From positions 64,001-128,000 of the forward strand of contig CAYPFW010000002.1 of the NCBI GenBank assembly GCA_964410585.1: a stretch of 64,000 nucleotides of DNA. Direction: 5' to 3'. Positions within the stretch are counted from its first letter, which is position 1, and each line of letters begins with the position of its first letter. The notes beneath the pieces are model-generated. The model did not search any database, was not told where the DNA came from, and worked only from the letters and a program-made list of their open reading frames with translations. The position numbers and the translations under genes are program-made. This document shows positions 37,253 through 47,596 of this stretch, in pieces. The DNA comes from an uncultured archaeon (GTDB lineage Archaea > Aenigmatarchaeota > Aenigmatarchaeia > QMZP01 > JACQNV01).

Positions 37253-37891
37253 CTACTTCAACTGTGACAAGTCCAGTTTAATCGGTTTTCCCATTGTCAG
37301 TTTTAGATAAGCATTTTTGATATTTGCTATTCCTTTTGGCATTTTGTCTTTTACAAAATGAAGCACAGCATCTGCGTTTTTTGCTATGTCCTCGTCTTTC
37401 ATTTCTTCTGTACCAACCCTAACCTGTATTGTAGGTGTCTCTTTTATTCTGATTTTAATTGTTTTTTTAGCTGCCATGAAAAATGGCTTTAATTCTCCAG
37501 CAGGTGGAACTGGTTTTGGAACCTTATCCCTTGGACCAAGAACAGTACCTAAAGTCTTACCGATAGTAGGCATCAGAGGAGCTTCTCCAAAAAAGAAATC
37601 AACTTGGCTCGCATACTGTTTCAATTTTTTCTTGTCGGATGCAAGGCTACCTAACTCTGCTTTTGTTATAATCAAATCAGCTTTCTCTGCTTTTGCCTTT
37701 GCCTCTAAAACATCAACAAATATACCTATTTTTGGTTCTTTTCCCCTTCCTGCAGGGAGAACAAATTCAGAGCTTATTCTATTTTCTGGTTTCTTCAAAT
37801 CCAAAGCTCTCAAATTAATAATTAGATCAAAAGTCTGATTGAACTTCCTTTTCTTAGAATTCTCTCTTGCTTGTTTTATTTGTTCCATCAT
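37253..37891 (-). CDS. rpl1: 50S ribosomal protein uL1
   Basis: KRKFNQTFDLIINL, LGPRDKVP, KLTMGKP. Confidence 0.95.
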   Translation of the reverse strand: MMEQIKQARENSKKRKFNQTFDLIINLRALDLKKPENRISSEFVLPAGRGKEPKIGIFVDVLEAKAKAEKADLIITKAELGSLASDKKKLKQYASQVDFFFGEAPLMPTIGKTLGTVLGPRDKVPKPVPPAGELKPFFMAAKKTIKIRIKETPTIQVRVGTEEMKDEDIAKNADAVLHFVKDKMPKGIANIKNAYLKLTMGKPIKLDLSQLK

Positions 37892-37996
37892 ATAACGTCG
37901 CCTCAATAGCAACTCCTGCTACTCAGGTAAACCTGTCTCGCAGTAAATCTATAGATTATAGAACCAACGCTTATAAAGCTATGCTGCTTCAAAAAA

Positions 37997-38860
37997 CTAT
38001 TTTATTATGAGTTCAAGTGCTTCGTTTATATTACTTACTTCTACAACATCCAAACCACTTATAGAAGTAGTTTCGCCATCAGGAACATAAAATGTGCTCA
38101 CACCATATCTTTTAGCTGCTTCTGCTTTTGCAGAAACACCACCAACTTTTCCAATATTTCCACTACCTTCAATAGTTCCGGTCATCATAGAATCTGTGTC
38201 CATGTTTTTGTTTTCAAGAGCAGCATACATTGTGACTGTGACAGCTGCACCAGCAGATGGCCCATCTAAAACAACAAGATCTTTGTCTTCGTTTACAAAG
38301 CTGACAGTTATGTCTTTTTTAGACAAATCAATTCCAGTCAGCTGAGAGGCAACCTCAGAAGCTGTTCTAATAGAAGCTGTTGCGCCGCTCTGCAAATCAA
38401 CTCCTTTGATATTCACTGAAAGAATTCCAGTTCCTTTGGAGATCTTAACATTCATTGGAATAACAACACCTGTGCTGTCACTTTTTACACCAACTGCAAA
38501 ATAGTTTTTAATTGTTGGGGTAAGGGCCTCTATCTCATTCTTTGCGACCTCTAAATTAAGCTCCGTTTGTCCAAGTTGCCTGCTTAGGTTTGAAATTTGA
38601 CTTGCCTTTTTAGCTACATCTGTTTGTAAATCAACAATATTGTTTTCTAGTCCATCAATTTTAACATTCAAGTTGTTTATTGTTGAATTTTGTTCGAATA
38701 CAATTCCTCTTAATCCCAAAATTGTTTGAGTTTGGTTATTGATGACATTTGTCTTCTGTACACTGTCTAAATAAAATACAGAAGTAGATAAGCCTAAAGC
38801 AATAATTACAACAACAAAAATCACACGAACATTATCTATTGGTTGTTTGTTTTTCGCCAT
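37997..38860 (-). CDS. membrane-anchored coiled-coil S16 (Lon-like) serine protease
   Basis: DGPSAGAA, MTGTI..GKVGGVSAK (Ser-Lys dyad). Confidence 0.85.
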   Translation of the reverse strand: MAKNKQPIDNVRVIFVVVIIALGLSTSVFYLDSVQKTNVINNQTQTILGLRGIVFEQNSTINNLNVKIDGLENNIVDLQTDVAKKASQISNLSRQLGQTELNLEVAKNEIEALTPTIKNYFAVGVKSDSTGVVIPMNVKISKGTGILSVNIKGVDLQSGATASIRTASEVASQLTGIDLSKKDITVSFVNEDKDLVVLDGPSAGAAVTVTMYAALENKNMDTDSMMTGTIEGSGNIGKVGGVSAKAEAAKRYGVSTFYVPDGETTSISGLDVVEVSNINEALELIIK

Positions 38861-38986
38861 GATATCTAATTGATATAAACCATTTATATTTTTTAGCCTT
38901 TAGATGGGCTAGCTTTTATGAAAAAGTAAATACTGAGATAAAAAAATCAATTTGCATTTACCTATTATCCAAACCTTAAGAGACTA

Positions 38987-39550
38987 TCACTTACCTTTCT
39001 TTACTTTCCTTTTCTTTTCCTCTTTTTTAGCTTCAGGAGGAGGCGTTTTTGCAGCTGGTGCTGCAGGTGTCGCAGCTGCTGTTGTAGCAGCAGGTGTTGC
39101 AGCTACAGCATCTTTCTTTTTCTCGCCTGGTTTGACTATTGGCACATTTTCTTCGCCAACATAAACAGCCATGCTTCTAGCTGTTCCAACAATTTGATTA
39201 TAAAAAGAATCTTCATCTGATCCAAATTTAGCCTTTGCTATCTTCCTTGCTTGTTCTGGTTTTAATTTTCCAATCCATCCTTTCCCAGCTTCGCCAGATC
39301 CTTTCGGGACACCAGCTTCTTTTGCAATCAAAGCAGATGCAGGAGGTGTTCCAACATCTATATTGAATGTCTTATCAGAATTAACAGTAACTTTGACAGG
39401 GACTTGCATGCCTTTTAGCTCTGCTGTTTTCTTGTTTATCTCTTCGACAACCTTTCCTATAGGCACACCCAAAGGGCCCAATGCGGGGCCAAGCGGCGGT
39501 GCTGCCGTTGCTTTTCCACCTTCTACAATAACTGAAACAGATTGTCCCAT
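38987..39550 (-). CDS. rpl11: 50S ribosomal protein uL11 with Ala/Lys-rich tail
   Basis: GGKATAAPPLGPALGP, GMQVPVKV, GTARSM. Confidence 0.95.
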   Translation of the reverse strand: MGQSVSVIVEGGKATAAPPLGPALGPLGVPIGKVVEEINKKTAELKGMQVPVKVTVNSDKTFNIDVGTPPASALIAKEAGVPKGSGEAGKGWIGKLKPEQARKIAKAKFGSDEDSFYNQIVGTARSMAVYVGEENVPIVKPGEKKKDAVAATPAATTAAATPAAPAAKTPPPEAKKEEKKRKVKKGK

Positions 39551-39664
39551 AATCTAAATAGCCTTTAATCACTATTGTATACCTTTACTATTTATAAGTT
39601 TGTTTTAGAGCAATTCTTTTAGAAATAGAATAAAACTAAAAATAGGAAGAAAAATAAACTTCCT

Positions 39665-40054
39665 TTAAGCTTGTTTTTCAGGTTGTTTGTCTCCAAGTCT
39701 TTCTCTTGTATATCTGCCTAGGTTTGTTACAGCTCTAGTTATTTTTGGATCTTTTAAGCTTGCAGCTATAAGTCTTAGGAGCTCATCTTGTCTATAAGCA
39801 ACATCTCTTAGAGCAGCAGTTTCTGCAGATAGGTCTTTATCAGCACTACCTAAATCTCTTATTTGATCATCATAAGCACCTTGATTAACTTTTCCTCTCA
39901 AAGCAGCGTCTGTTCTGCTTTCAAGTTCTCTGAAAGCACCATCTGCTTGACCTGCTAAAGACTCTAGTGCAGGATAAACACCTTTACCCTTATCTAATTT
40001 TACATATGTCCTTGGCTGTGTGCCTTGAGGAACTTCAGATTGTTTTCTTGCCAT
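39665..40054 (-). CDS. hypothetical helical protein
   Basis: SD AGGTGA; no TM. Confidence 0.7.
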   Translation of the reverse strand: MARKQSEVPQGTQPRTYVKLDKGKGVYPALESLAGQADGAFRELESRTDAALRGKVNQGAYDDQIRDLGSADKDLSAETAALRDVAYRQDELLRLIAASLKDPKITRAVTNLGRYTRERLGDKQPEKQA

Positions 40055-40137
40055 AAACATCACCTTAAACTACTCTTTAATATACCACTAAGATATATAA
40101 GCTTATTTGTTACTATCCTATAGTTTTAAAAACCTTT

Positions 40138-41040
40138 CTACTTAATGTACCTTCTTCTTGCTTCCTTTACTTTTTGTTGAAGAGCCTCATCACCTAGAGA
40201 TCTGGCAAACGATTCGAATAGATCAAGCATATCTCCCCTGAAATCTGAAGCTTCCACAACTGGCTGAGATGGAGTTGCTGGCTCCTGCTTTGCAGCTTCC
40301 AATTTTTCAAGTGCTTCTGCAACTTCTCCAGCCTTTCTTTCAGCTTTTTCCAAACCTTCATTTACTGTTCTCAATCTTAATTCATATCCTTCAATGGCGC
40401 CTCTGACTCCTGGTTGTGTCTCTGTTCCCTGAAGCTCTAAATCAATTTCTGCAATAGAAGCTCGTGCGTCTTGGAGTTCTTTTCTTAGTCCAGAATTTCC
40501 ATCTTCGCCATACAATTCTAATCTCAATCTCTTGACTTCTTCTGGAACTCCAGTATACCTTCTTAATTCTTCTAAATATCCCCGGACTCTTACAAGCAAT
40601 CCTGGATTTTGCTCGTCTCCGCGAATTATTTTTAGCAGTTCAGTTGCATCTGCATTTAGGCTTTGTAAAGTTTGTGTTTCTGGTTCTACTGCTCCTAAAT
40701 CAACCAAAGGCGCCTCTTTATTTCCCTCTGCTGTCTGTTCTAATTTTTCCAGCCTTTTTTTCAAATCTTCCAAAGCTTCTGGCAAACTTTCATATCCAGC
40801 TGAAAAATCTGCTGGTTTCAATTCTTCTATTTTTGCATCTTCAGGTATTCCAAGAAGCCTGCGAAAAAAACCAATTGGAGCAAGATAGTCTTTAACAGCA
40901 TTTGTTGCATATTCTCTAACTTTACCAGGGAAAATTTGCATCACATCTTTTAAGTATTGGAAAGAAACAAAGTTTGCATTTACGAAATCCTTCACTTGAC
41001 TTCCAGTGACATATTTTGGTTTAGGTTGTTCTTCTGTCAT
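40138..41040 (-). CDS. coiled-coil protein with GxxxxPG(L/V) loops
   Basis: Heptad-rich; coupled to the upstream stop. Confidence 0.75.
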   Translation of the reverse strand: MTEEQPKPKYVTGSQVKDFVNANFVSFQYLKDVMQIFPGKVREYATNAVKDYLAPIGFFRRLLGIPEDAKIEELKPADFSAGYESLPEALEDLKKRLEKLEQTAEGNKEAPLVDLGAVEPETQTLQSLNADATELLKIIRGDEQNPGLLVRVRGYLEELRRYTGVPEEVKRLRLELYGEDGNSGLRKELQDARASIAEIDLELQGTETQPGVRGAIEGYELRLRTVNEGLEKAERKAGEVAEALEKLEAAKQEPATPSQPVVEASDFRGDMLDLFESFARSLGDEALQQKVKEARRRYIK

Positions 41041-41041
41041 T

Positions 41042-42679
41042 TTACCCACCTTCAAAAAGATCGTCTACGAATTTCTTTGGATCAACAGGTCCACCTTCAA
41101 CGCTAAGATCATCGTCTGCTGGTGCTGGTTTTGGAGCTGGCTTAGGTGCTGCCGGAGCTTTTGGTTTTGGTGAAGGTTTTGAAGCACCTCCTGTTCTTGG
41201 TGGAGCTTCAGCTTCACGTCTTCGAGGTGGCGCTCCTCTTTCAGGTTCTTGTGCTCTGTATCCAGTCAAAGCTGAGATTACTGAGCCACCAAGTTCTTGT
41301 AATCTAGTAGCATATCTTCCAAGTTCTTCTCTAATTCCGCCAAAAGCGCTTGACACAGCAGTATCTACAGACCTTTGGTCAACTGGTATTGTTCTTCCTT
41401 TCAAAGAATTATCAACAGCTTTTCTAACAGAATCTTCATCAACAAGAACTGTCCTTCCTCTAAGCGCAGCATCAACGGCTCTGTTAACTGATTCTGGATC
41501 AACTGGTACAGATCTTCTTTCCATCTCTGCATCAATTGCTGCTTTCACAGCTGCTGCAATTGGTTGAATATTAACATCTACTGTTCTTCCTTCCATTGCT
41601 TTTTCAACAGCGCTTTTCACAGCGTCATCTAATCCTCTTAGGTCAATAGGAACTCTTCTATCCCCAAAAGCAGCATCTACAGCAGCCGCCACATAAGAAT
41701 TTATTTTTTCCTGATCAACACCAAGTGTCCTCCCATCAAATGCTTTGTCTACAGATGTTTTCACAGAATTTGGATCAATTGATATTTGTCTATCTCTGAA
41801 ATAATTTCCAAGAGCTTCTGAAACAGCAGAAGTAAGCGCTGTTCTATCTGTTGGTTCTTTTCCTTTCAGTGCTTCTTCAACAGCTTTTTTCAGTGCTTCT
41901 GAATCTACAGAAAATGTTTTCCCCTGAAGAGCAGCATCAACTGCAGTTTTAATATCTGCATACAATTCATTTCGATCAACTTTAGCAGTGACTCCCCTTG
42001 CTGCTTCTGAAAATATTTGTGAAAGTCTATTATAATCAATTTGTTGTCCTTGTGCTGTTGCTAGCTTTCTTATTTCCACTAAATCTGTTTCTGAAAGTCC
42101 ATATCTTTTTTCTAAAAGTTGGTTTGCCAAACCGCCAACTTGATCCAACTTTCCTATTGCCTCACCAAGTTTTTGTACAAGTGCGTCAACGTCTTGTGTT
42201 TTTGTGTGACTTGGTTCTGTGGCTTCTGTCGCAGGTTTTGATTGAGCTTCTTTTATTTGATCAAGACAATTTCTAACTTCCTCAAAAATTGCAACCATGA
42301 AAATGTCGCTTGCTCCTGTTGCTATTTTTTCTATTTGTTCTGTTTTTCCCCAGAAAGCATCCGCCAAAATTTGATATCCTTTTTCTATTTGATTTGCCCA
42401 AGATTCCATTCCCTTAACTGCTCTAGCTAATTGAGTCTCATATGGTTTGTCTTGTGCTGCAAGTATTTTTGCAATTTCTAAGTCAGATAAATAACCATTA
42501 ATTCGATCAAGAACTCTTGGAACCCTTTCATCTCCTCTTTCCATTGCCCTTCTAAACCTGGGGTGTTGTGTTGTTAATTTATATAATCTCCTATACACAC
42601 CTTCTAGTCTTTCAATTGGTCCTGTGCCTTCTATTCCTGCTTCTTCGAATAAGAACTGGTATAAAGTCCTTTCTGCCAT
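41042..42679 (-). CDS. tandem-repeat protein (~9 x 20-24 aa) with Pro-rich tail
   Basis: Repeats like VPVDPESVNRAVDAALRGRT. Confidence 0.8.
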   Translation of the reverse strand: MAERTLYQFLFEEAGIEGTGPIERLEGVYRRLYKLTTQHPRFRRAMERGDERVPRVLDRINGYLSDLEIAKILAAQDKPYETQLARAVKGMESWANQIEKGYQILADAFWGKTEQIEKIATGASDIFMVAIFEEVRNCLDQIKEAQSKPATEATEPSHTKTQDVDALVQKLGEAIGKLDQVGGLANQLLEKRYGLSETDLVEIRKLATAQGQQIDYNRLSQIFSEAARGVTAKVDRNELYADIKTAVDAALQGKTFSVDSEALKKAVEEALKGKEPTDRTALTSAVSEALGNYFRDRQISIDPNSVKTSVDKAFDGRTLGVDQEKINSYVAAAVDAAFGDRRVPIDLRGLDDAVKSAVEKAMEGRTVDVNIQPIAAAVKAAIDAEMERRSVPVDPESVNRAVDAALRGRTVLVDEDSVRKAVDNSLKGRTIPVDQRSVDTAVSSAFGGIREELGRYATRLQELGGSVISALTGYRAQEPERGAPPRRREAEAPPRTGGASKPSPKPKAPAAPKPAPKPAPADDDLSVEGGPVDPKKFVDDLFEGG

Positions 42680-42765
42680 AATTACCCATCAGTGGTATTT
42701 AACTTAATTTATCGCAGTAAGTCTTTTAAAGGGAAAGCTAAAAAACCGTAAAACTTAAATAGGGT

Positions 42766-43641
42766 ATGATAGACGTTCACTGTCATTTGGAGCAAAAACA
42801 ATATGATTTGGATAGAGACAAAGTTATAGAAGCCTGCAAAAAAAGCCTGAAAGTAGTTGTTTCATCTTGTGCAAATCCAAAAGACCTGGATCTTTCTTTG
42901 GAAATGGTTGAAAGGCACAAGGGTTTTGTCTTCCTAGCAACTGGTTTGCATCCTGAGTATATCAAAGAAATTTCTGAAAAAGAAAAAGACGAATATTTGG
43001 AAAAAATAAAAGAAAATAAAAATAAAATTGTGGCTGTCGGCGAAATTGGTTTAGATTATTTTTGGATTTCAGATACTGTTTTGCAGAAAAAGCAGCAAGA
43101 ACAATTTAGAGAACTTATCAGATTTTCAAAAGAAATCAAAAAACCTCTTGTCATACACTCCAGAAATTCAAATGAGGATTTAGTGAAAATTTTAGAGGCC
43201 GAAGATGCGAAGAAAGTCATCCTCCATATGTTCAATGGAAAAGATTTATTGAATAAAGTTGTTGAAAACAACTGGCTTATTTCAATCAGCTACCTAATCA
43301 AACGAAGCAAAGACTATAGAAAAATCGCAAAACTGCTTCCTCTGGAAAATATTGTTTTGGAAACAGATGCGCCGTGGAACGGAATTCAACTACCTGAAAA
43401 AGACTTTTCAGAAATTTTTTTGAAAGAAAACTTAAGTGTTCTAGGGAATTTACCAACTAACCAATTGAAAGAACCACTATCCATGAAAATAAAAGATGGC
43501 TGGATCACCTTGCGAAATACACCTTTGGCAATCAGACCAGCAGCAGAAAAAATCGCAGAAGAGAAAGGCCTTCCTTTCGAAGAGGTCTGGAAAAAGTGCG
43601 GCGAAAACGCAGAGAAGTTTTTTGGTCTGTCTAAAGGCTGA
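42766..43641 (+). CDS. tatD: TatD-family nuclease
   Basis: DVHCHL, GLHP, GEIGLD, HSR, ETDAP. Confidence 0.92.
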   Translation: MIDVHCHLEQKQYDLDRDKVIEACKKSLKVVVSSCANPKDLDLSLEMVERHKGFVFLATGLHPEYIKEISEKEKDEYLEKIKENKNKIVAVGEIGLDYFWISDTVLQKKQQEQFRELIRFSKEIKKPLVIHSRNSNEDLVKILEAEDAKKVILHMFNGKDLLNKVVENNWLISISYLIKRSKDYRKIAKLLPLENIVLETDAPWNGIQLPEKDFSEIFLKENLSVLGNLPTNQLKEPLSMKIKDGWITLRNTPLAIRPAAEKIAEEKGLPFEEVWKKCGENAEKFFGLSKG

Positions 43642-44035
43642 CACTGCTTCTTGCCCCACAAACTTCACATTTCAAAAATAAAAATCTGTCTTCTTTTTCT
43701 AATTTTGAGTCAGGCTTTCCGCACTCAGGGCAATAAACATATTTTTTCAAGTAGAGTTCAATTTTTTTATCAACCGCCTGTTTGAAAAATTTCCCAATTA
43801 CAACAAGTCTTTTCCCTTCCAATTCACCAGAAGTCGCCAGTTCTTTAACTAAAAATTTCATCAAGTGGTTTGGATCCCTTCGCATTGCTTGTGCGATGTC
43901 AACAAAATTAACAATTGTTGTTTTCAAGCCAGTTGGCTGAATTTGAACTTCAGGTAAAACAAATCTGCTTGCTTCTTCTGTTCTTTTAGGAAGCTTCTCG
44001 TATGCTGCTTTCAGCATTTCTTCATAATTAGACAT
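43631..44035 (-). CDS. eif2b: translation initiation factor aIF2 beta
   Basis: RDPNHLMKF, KELATSG, CPECGKPD..CEVCGA. Confidence 0.95.
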   Translation of the reverse strand: MSNYEEMLKAAYEKLPKRTEEASRFVLPEVQIQPTGLKTTIVNFVDIAQAMRRDPNHLMKFLVKELATSGELEGKRLVVIGKFFKQAVDKKIELYLKKYVYCPECGKPDSKLEKEDRFLFLKCEVCGARSSVSL

Positions 44036-44430
44036 AAGTGTAATTGAATATGGTGTTATAAAAAGATACTTTCCAAAAAAATTCAGAAAAAACAGTAGTC
44101 TTTATATATCTTATTTCCAAGTATAACACAGTTAATTTGGAAGTAGTGAATTACTTTCAGGAATTTTCAATAGCCGGATTGGTTTAGTTGCTGGGGAGCA
44201 GCTAAGCTAAGAAACAACCAATAGAAAATAAGTTTCAAATGCAATTGGGGAATTGCTTTTGAGATTTCGGGGAATTAAGATCGTGCTAATTTTTGTTAAA
44301 ACTAATTATAAAACTTAGGAGTATATTTAAAAAGGATTTCTATACTGCAGTATATACTTTCCAGTATAGGCGTTCTTTTCGAGTTGGCGATTATAACATA
44401 ATCGCTTTTCACTCATGAGGGGGGTAAAAA

Positions 44431-45561
44431 ATGAATTCGCTTATACAATCGGCCTTTGAAAGGGTCGCAGCTGGAACATCTTCAGGTCCTGTTAAATCAG
44501 AGCCTGTTGTAACACCTGAACAATTGAAAGCATTAGCTCAAGAGTTTGGGATAGAAGCAAAGGATGCAAAAATAGTTGTAGTTGGTGCAGGCGGAGGCGG
44601 TAACAACACAGTGACAAGGCTCGCTAACATGGGAGTCACGGGGGCAAAAACAATAGCAATGAACACAGACATGAAACACTTAGCTGTCTCAAAAGCAGAT
44701 CAAAGGCTTCTCATAGGAAAAGAATTGACAAGAGGCCTTGGTGCAGGCGGTTATCCAGACATAGGCAGACGCGCAGCAGAAGAAAGTGAAAGAGAAATCA
44801 AACAGGCAATACAAGGTGCTGATATGCTTTATGTTGTTGGTGGTCTTGGTGGTGGAACAGGAACAGGCTCCCTTCCAGTAATTGCAAAATATGGAAAAGA
44901 AATGGGTGCTATTGTAATAGGCACAGTCACAATGCCTTTCAAAATCGAAGGAACAAGAATGAGAAAAGCAGAAGAAGGCTTGCAACTATTAAGACAAGTC
45001 TCTGACACATCAATTGTGATACAGAATGACAAGCTTCTAAGGTTCGCAGGCGATCTTCCAATTGAACAGGCTTTTCAGTTGGCCGACAATCTAATTGCAA
45101 CAATGTTGAAAGGCGTCACAGAAACAATTGCAACACCTTCTCTTGTCAACCTAGATTATGCAGATGTTCGAGCTATAATGCATTCTGGTGGTGTCGCAGC
45201 AGTTGGTTTTGGAGAATCAAATACAAAAAACAGAGCAGAAGATGCAGCAATAAAGGCATTGACAAACCCGCTTTTGGAAGTAGACTACGCAGGCGGTTCA
45301 GGCGCGCTCTTGCACATCACAGGTGGCAAGGATCTAAAACTTGATGAAGTCAATTTAGTTGGTGAATATGTTTCAAGCCAATTAGACGACGATGCACAAG
45401 TCATTTGGGGAACAAGGATAGATCCAGCAATGACAGGAAAAATAAGGGTGATCACAATAATCACAGGCGTCAAATCACCATACATCTTAGCTCCTGTTGA
45501 AAAGCAAAGAGAAGTCCAAAGAAATTTCCAACAAGAACTGGGGATTGATTTGCTTGCCTAG
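44431..45561 (+). CDS. ftsZ: cell division protein FtsZ
   Basis: GGGGNN, GLGAGG, GGGTGTG, NLDYAD. Confidence 0.97.
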   Translation: MNSLIQSAFERVAAGTSSGPVKSEPVVTPEQLKALAQEFGIEAKDAKIVVVGAGGGGNNTVTRLANMGVTGAKTIAMNTDMKHLAVSKADQRLLIGKELTRGLGAGGYPDIGRRAAEESEREIKQAIQGADMLYVVGGLGGGTGTGSLPVIAKYGKEMGAIVIGTVTMPFKIEGTRMRKAEEGLQLLRQVSDTSIVIQNDKLLRFAGDLPIEQAFQLADNLIATMLKGVTETIATPSLVNLDYADVRAIMHSGGVAAVGFGESNTKNRAEDAAIKALTNPLLEVDYAGGSGALLHITGGKDLKLDEVNLVGEYVSSQLDDDAQVIWGTRIDPAMTGKIRVITIITGVKSPYILAPVEKQREVQRNFQQELGIDLLA

Positions 45562-45597
45562 TTGTAGATTTTATTTTTATCTACAATTCTTAGAAAG

Positions 45598-46293
45598 CTA
45601 TTCTGATCTCAGAATAGCGTTCCTTATTTTTTCATAAACTAACTCATTGTACAAAATTCCAGCATGTCCTATTCCTTCAAGCTCTAAACTGTCAGGTGCA
45701 TCTGTGCTTCCAGAACTTTTTGCAGGTACAATCCAATCACCTTCTCCATACAAATTAATTTTTCTTGTGCCATTAAGTGATTGCCGAGATTTCAAATCCC
45801 TCAAAAATTTGCTTCCAGGCAAAAGCTGCCTGCCAGATGGAGTCATTATACCTAACCATGCTACATAGGTCCCATCATATGGACAAGAAAGATAAATTGC
45901 AGTTCTAACCCTCTCTCCAATTCCAGGAAGTTTAGTCAAACCATCCACTATAAGGGCGCCCATACTGTGACCCAAAAGATCAAGTTCGCCTTCTGGTTGT
46001 TTTGCTTTTATTTGTTCAGCTACTTCATGAGTTGATTCTTCTATGTCTCTCAAAAAATTATAGCTTATAGGGTCTAGTCTTATTCTATCTCTTTGAAGTC
46101 TGTCCCTAAGCGGTCTAAATGGTCCTATTCCCCACTGTGCATACCCATGGACAGCATAAATAGTTCCCCTAGAACTATAGCGAGGATCAGATCCTTGATC
46201 AATAACACTTGCAGCGTGATCTACAGCATTTCTTAAAATAGCTTGAGGTTCGGTTAATCCACTGCTTATTGGATCTCTTTCCAATCCCTTCAT
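45598..46293 (-). CDS. alpha/beta hydrolase (lipase/esterase)
   Basis: VHG, GHSMG, D..VP, GH. Confidence 0.8.
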   Translation of the reverse strand: MKGLERDPISSGLTEPQAILRNAVDHAASVIDQGSDPRYSSRGTIYAVHGYAQWGIGPFRPLRDRLQRDRIRLDPISYNFLRDIEESTHEVAEQIKAKQPEGELDLLGHSMGALIVDGLTKLPGIGERVRTAIYLSCPYDGTYVAWLGIMTPSGRQLLPGSKFLRDLKSRQSLNGTRKINLYGEGDWIVPAKSSGSTDAPDSLELEGIGHAGILYNELVYEKIRNAILRSE

Positions 46294-46379
46294 CTTAATT
46301 TTTGTGTCAGCAAAAATAAATACCTTATCGAAACCGAGTTATTCAATATTTATATATAAGGAAAACATACCTTGTAGAT

Positions 46380-46835
46380 ATGGCGCGAATGTACTCTCGT
46401 AAAAAAGGAAAATCAGGTTCAAAAAAACCAATGGAAAAAATAGCTCCATGGGTTTCATATTCACCAAAAGAAATAGAGGAAGTCATAGTCAAACACGCAA
46501 ACCAAGGCATGCAGTCTGCGAAAATTGGTTTGGTTTTGAGGGATAAATACGGCATTCCGTCTGCTCGTTTACAAACAGGCAAAAAAGTCTCAAAAACTTT
46601 GAAAGAAAGAAACGTCTACCCAAAACTTCCAGAAGATCTTTTAAATTTGCTGAAAAGATCTGTGAATCTTTATGATCATCTAAAAAACAACAAAAAAGAC
46701 TACACTTCTAAGAGAGGTTTGGAAATAACAGAATCAAAAATCAGGAAGCTTTCCAACTATTACAAGGAAACAAAAGTCCTTCCACCAAGCTGGAAATACA
46801 ATGCAGACGAGGCAAGATTGCTCGTGAAAGGATAA
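46380..46835 (+). CDS. rps15: 30S ribosomal protein uS15
   Basis: MARMYSRKKGKSGS, PEDL, ESKIRKL. Confidence 0.97.
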   Translation: MARMYSRKKGKSGSKKPMEKIAPWVSYSPKEIEEVIVKHANQGMQSAKIGLVLRDKYGIPSARLQTGKKVSKTLKERNVYPKLPEDLLNLLKRSVNLYDHLKNNKKDYTSKRGLEITESKIRKLSNYYKETKVLPPSWKYNADEARLLVKG

Positions 46836-46858
46836 GAAGCCTTTTCTTAATAATCAAT

Positions 46859-47563
46859 ATGACAAAAGATAGACAAAGGCATCTAGTTTTATTCGACATA
46901 GGTGCAGTCCTTTTACATTTAGATTTTGAGAGATTCTACAAAGCAGCCTCTTCTTTGTCTTCTAGATACAGAACACAAGAAGGTTTCAAAGAAGCTTATG
47001 CATCTAGCAAACTAGAGTCTGATTTTATGAAAGGCCTATTAAACTCAGACGATTTTTTGGACAAACTAAGAGGTCTAATTGATCCAAACAGAGAAGTTTC
47101 TTCTGAAGAACTAAAAGAAATTTTCAGCTATCGTTTAGGGAAGCCAGTCGATGATGTTGTCAAGTTAAAAAAGAGGCTTCGGCTTGCTGGATATTCCGTA
47201 GGCATATTCTCAAACACAACTGTTCTTGATTTTGCAGTATTCCAAAGATATCCGGATATGCTCGAAGCAACTGGTCCCTCTATATACTCATTCCAAAATC
47301 AATCCCTGAAGCCAGAGCCAAAAATGTATGGACTGATAAAAGGCTTTGATTCTGTCACATTTATCGACGACAAGGAAAGCTATCTAAGAACAGGAGTAGA
47401 GCAATTTGGTTGGAACGGTATACTTTTCACGCCGTTTATAGATAGGTCGGAGGCAATTAGGGCTGTTCACACAGATACTTCTAAACCGCAAGAAAGGTTT
47501 AGAATTGCAAATTCTGTAGGAGAATTAGAGGATTCCTTGAGACATTTTGGAATACAAATCTGA
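46859..47563 (+). CDS. HAD-family hydrolase
   Basis: LFDIGAVL, SNT, KP, FIDD. Confidence 0.8.
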   Translation: MTKDRQRHLVLFDIGAVLLHLDFERFYKAASSLSSRYRTQEGFKEAYASSKLESDFMKGLLNSDDFLDKLRGLIDPNREVSSEELKEIFSYRLGKPVDDVVKLKKRLRLAGYSVGIFSNTTVLDFAVFQRYPDMLEATGPSIYSFQNQSLKPEPKMYGLIKGFDSVTFIDDKESYLRTGVEQFGWNGILFTPFIDRSEAIRAVHTDTSKPQERFRIANSVGELEDSLRHFGIQI

Positions 47564-47596
47564 AACTACTTATTTACTTCTCTCTAATCTTATTCT

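Noticed and set aside
44036-44430. Replication origin
   Set aside because: G-runs are present but there is no ORB consensus and no adjacent cdc6/orc1.
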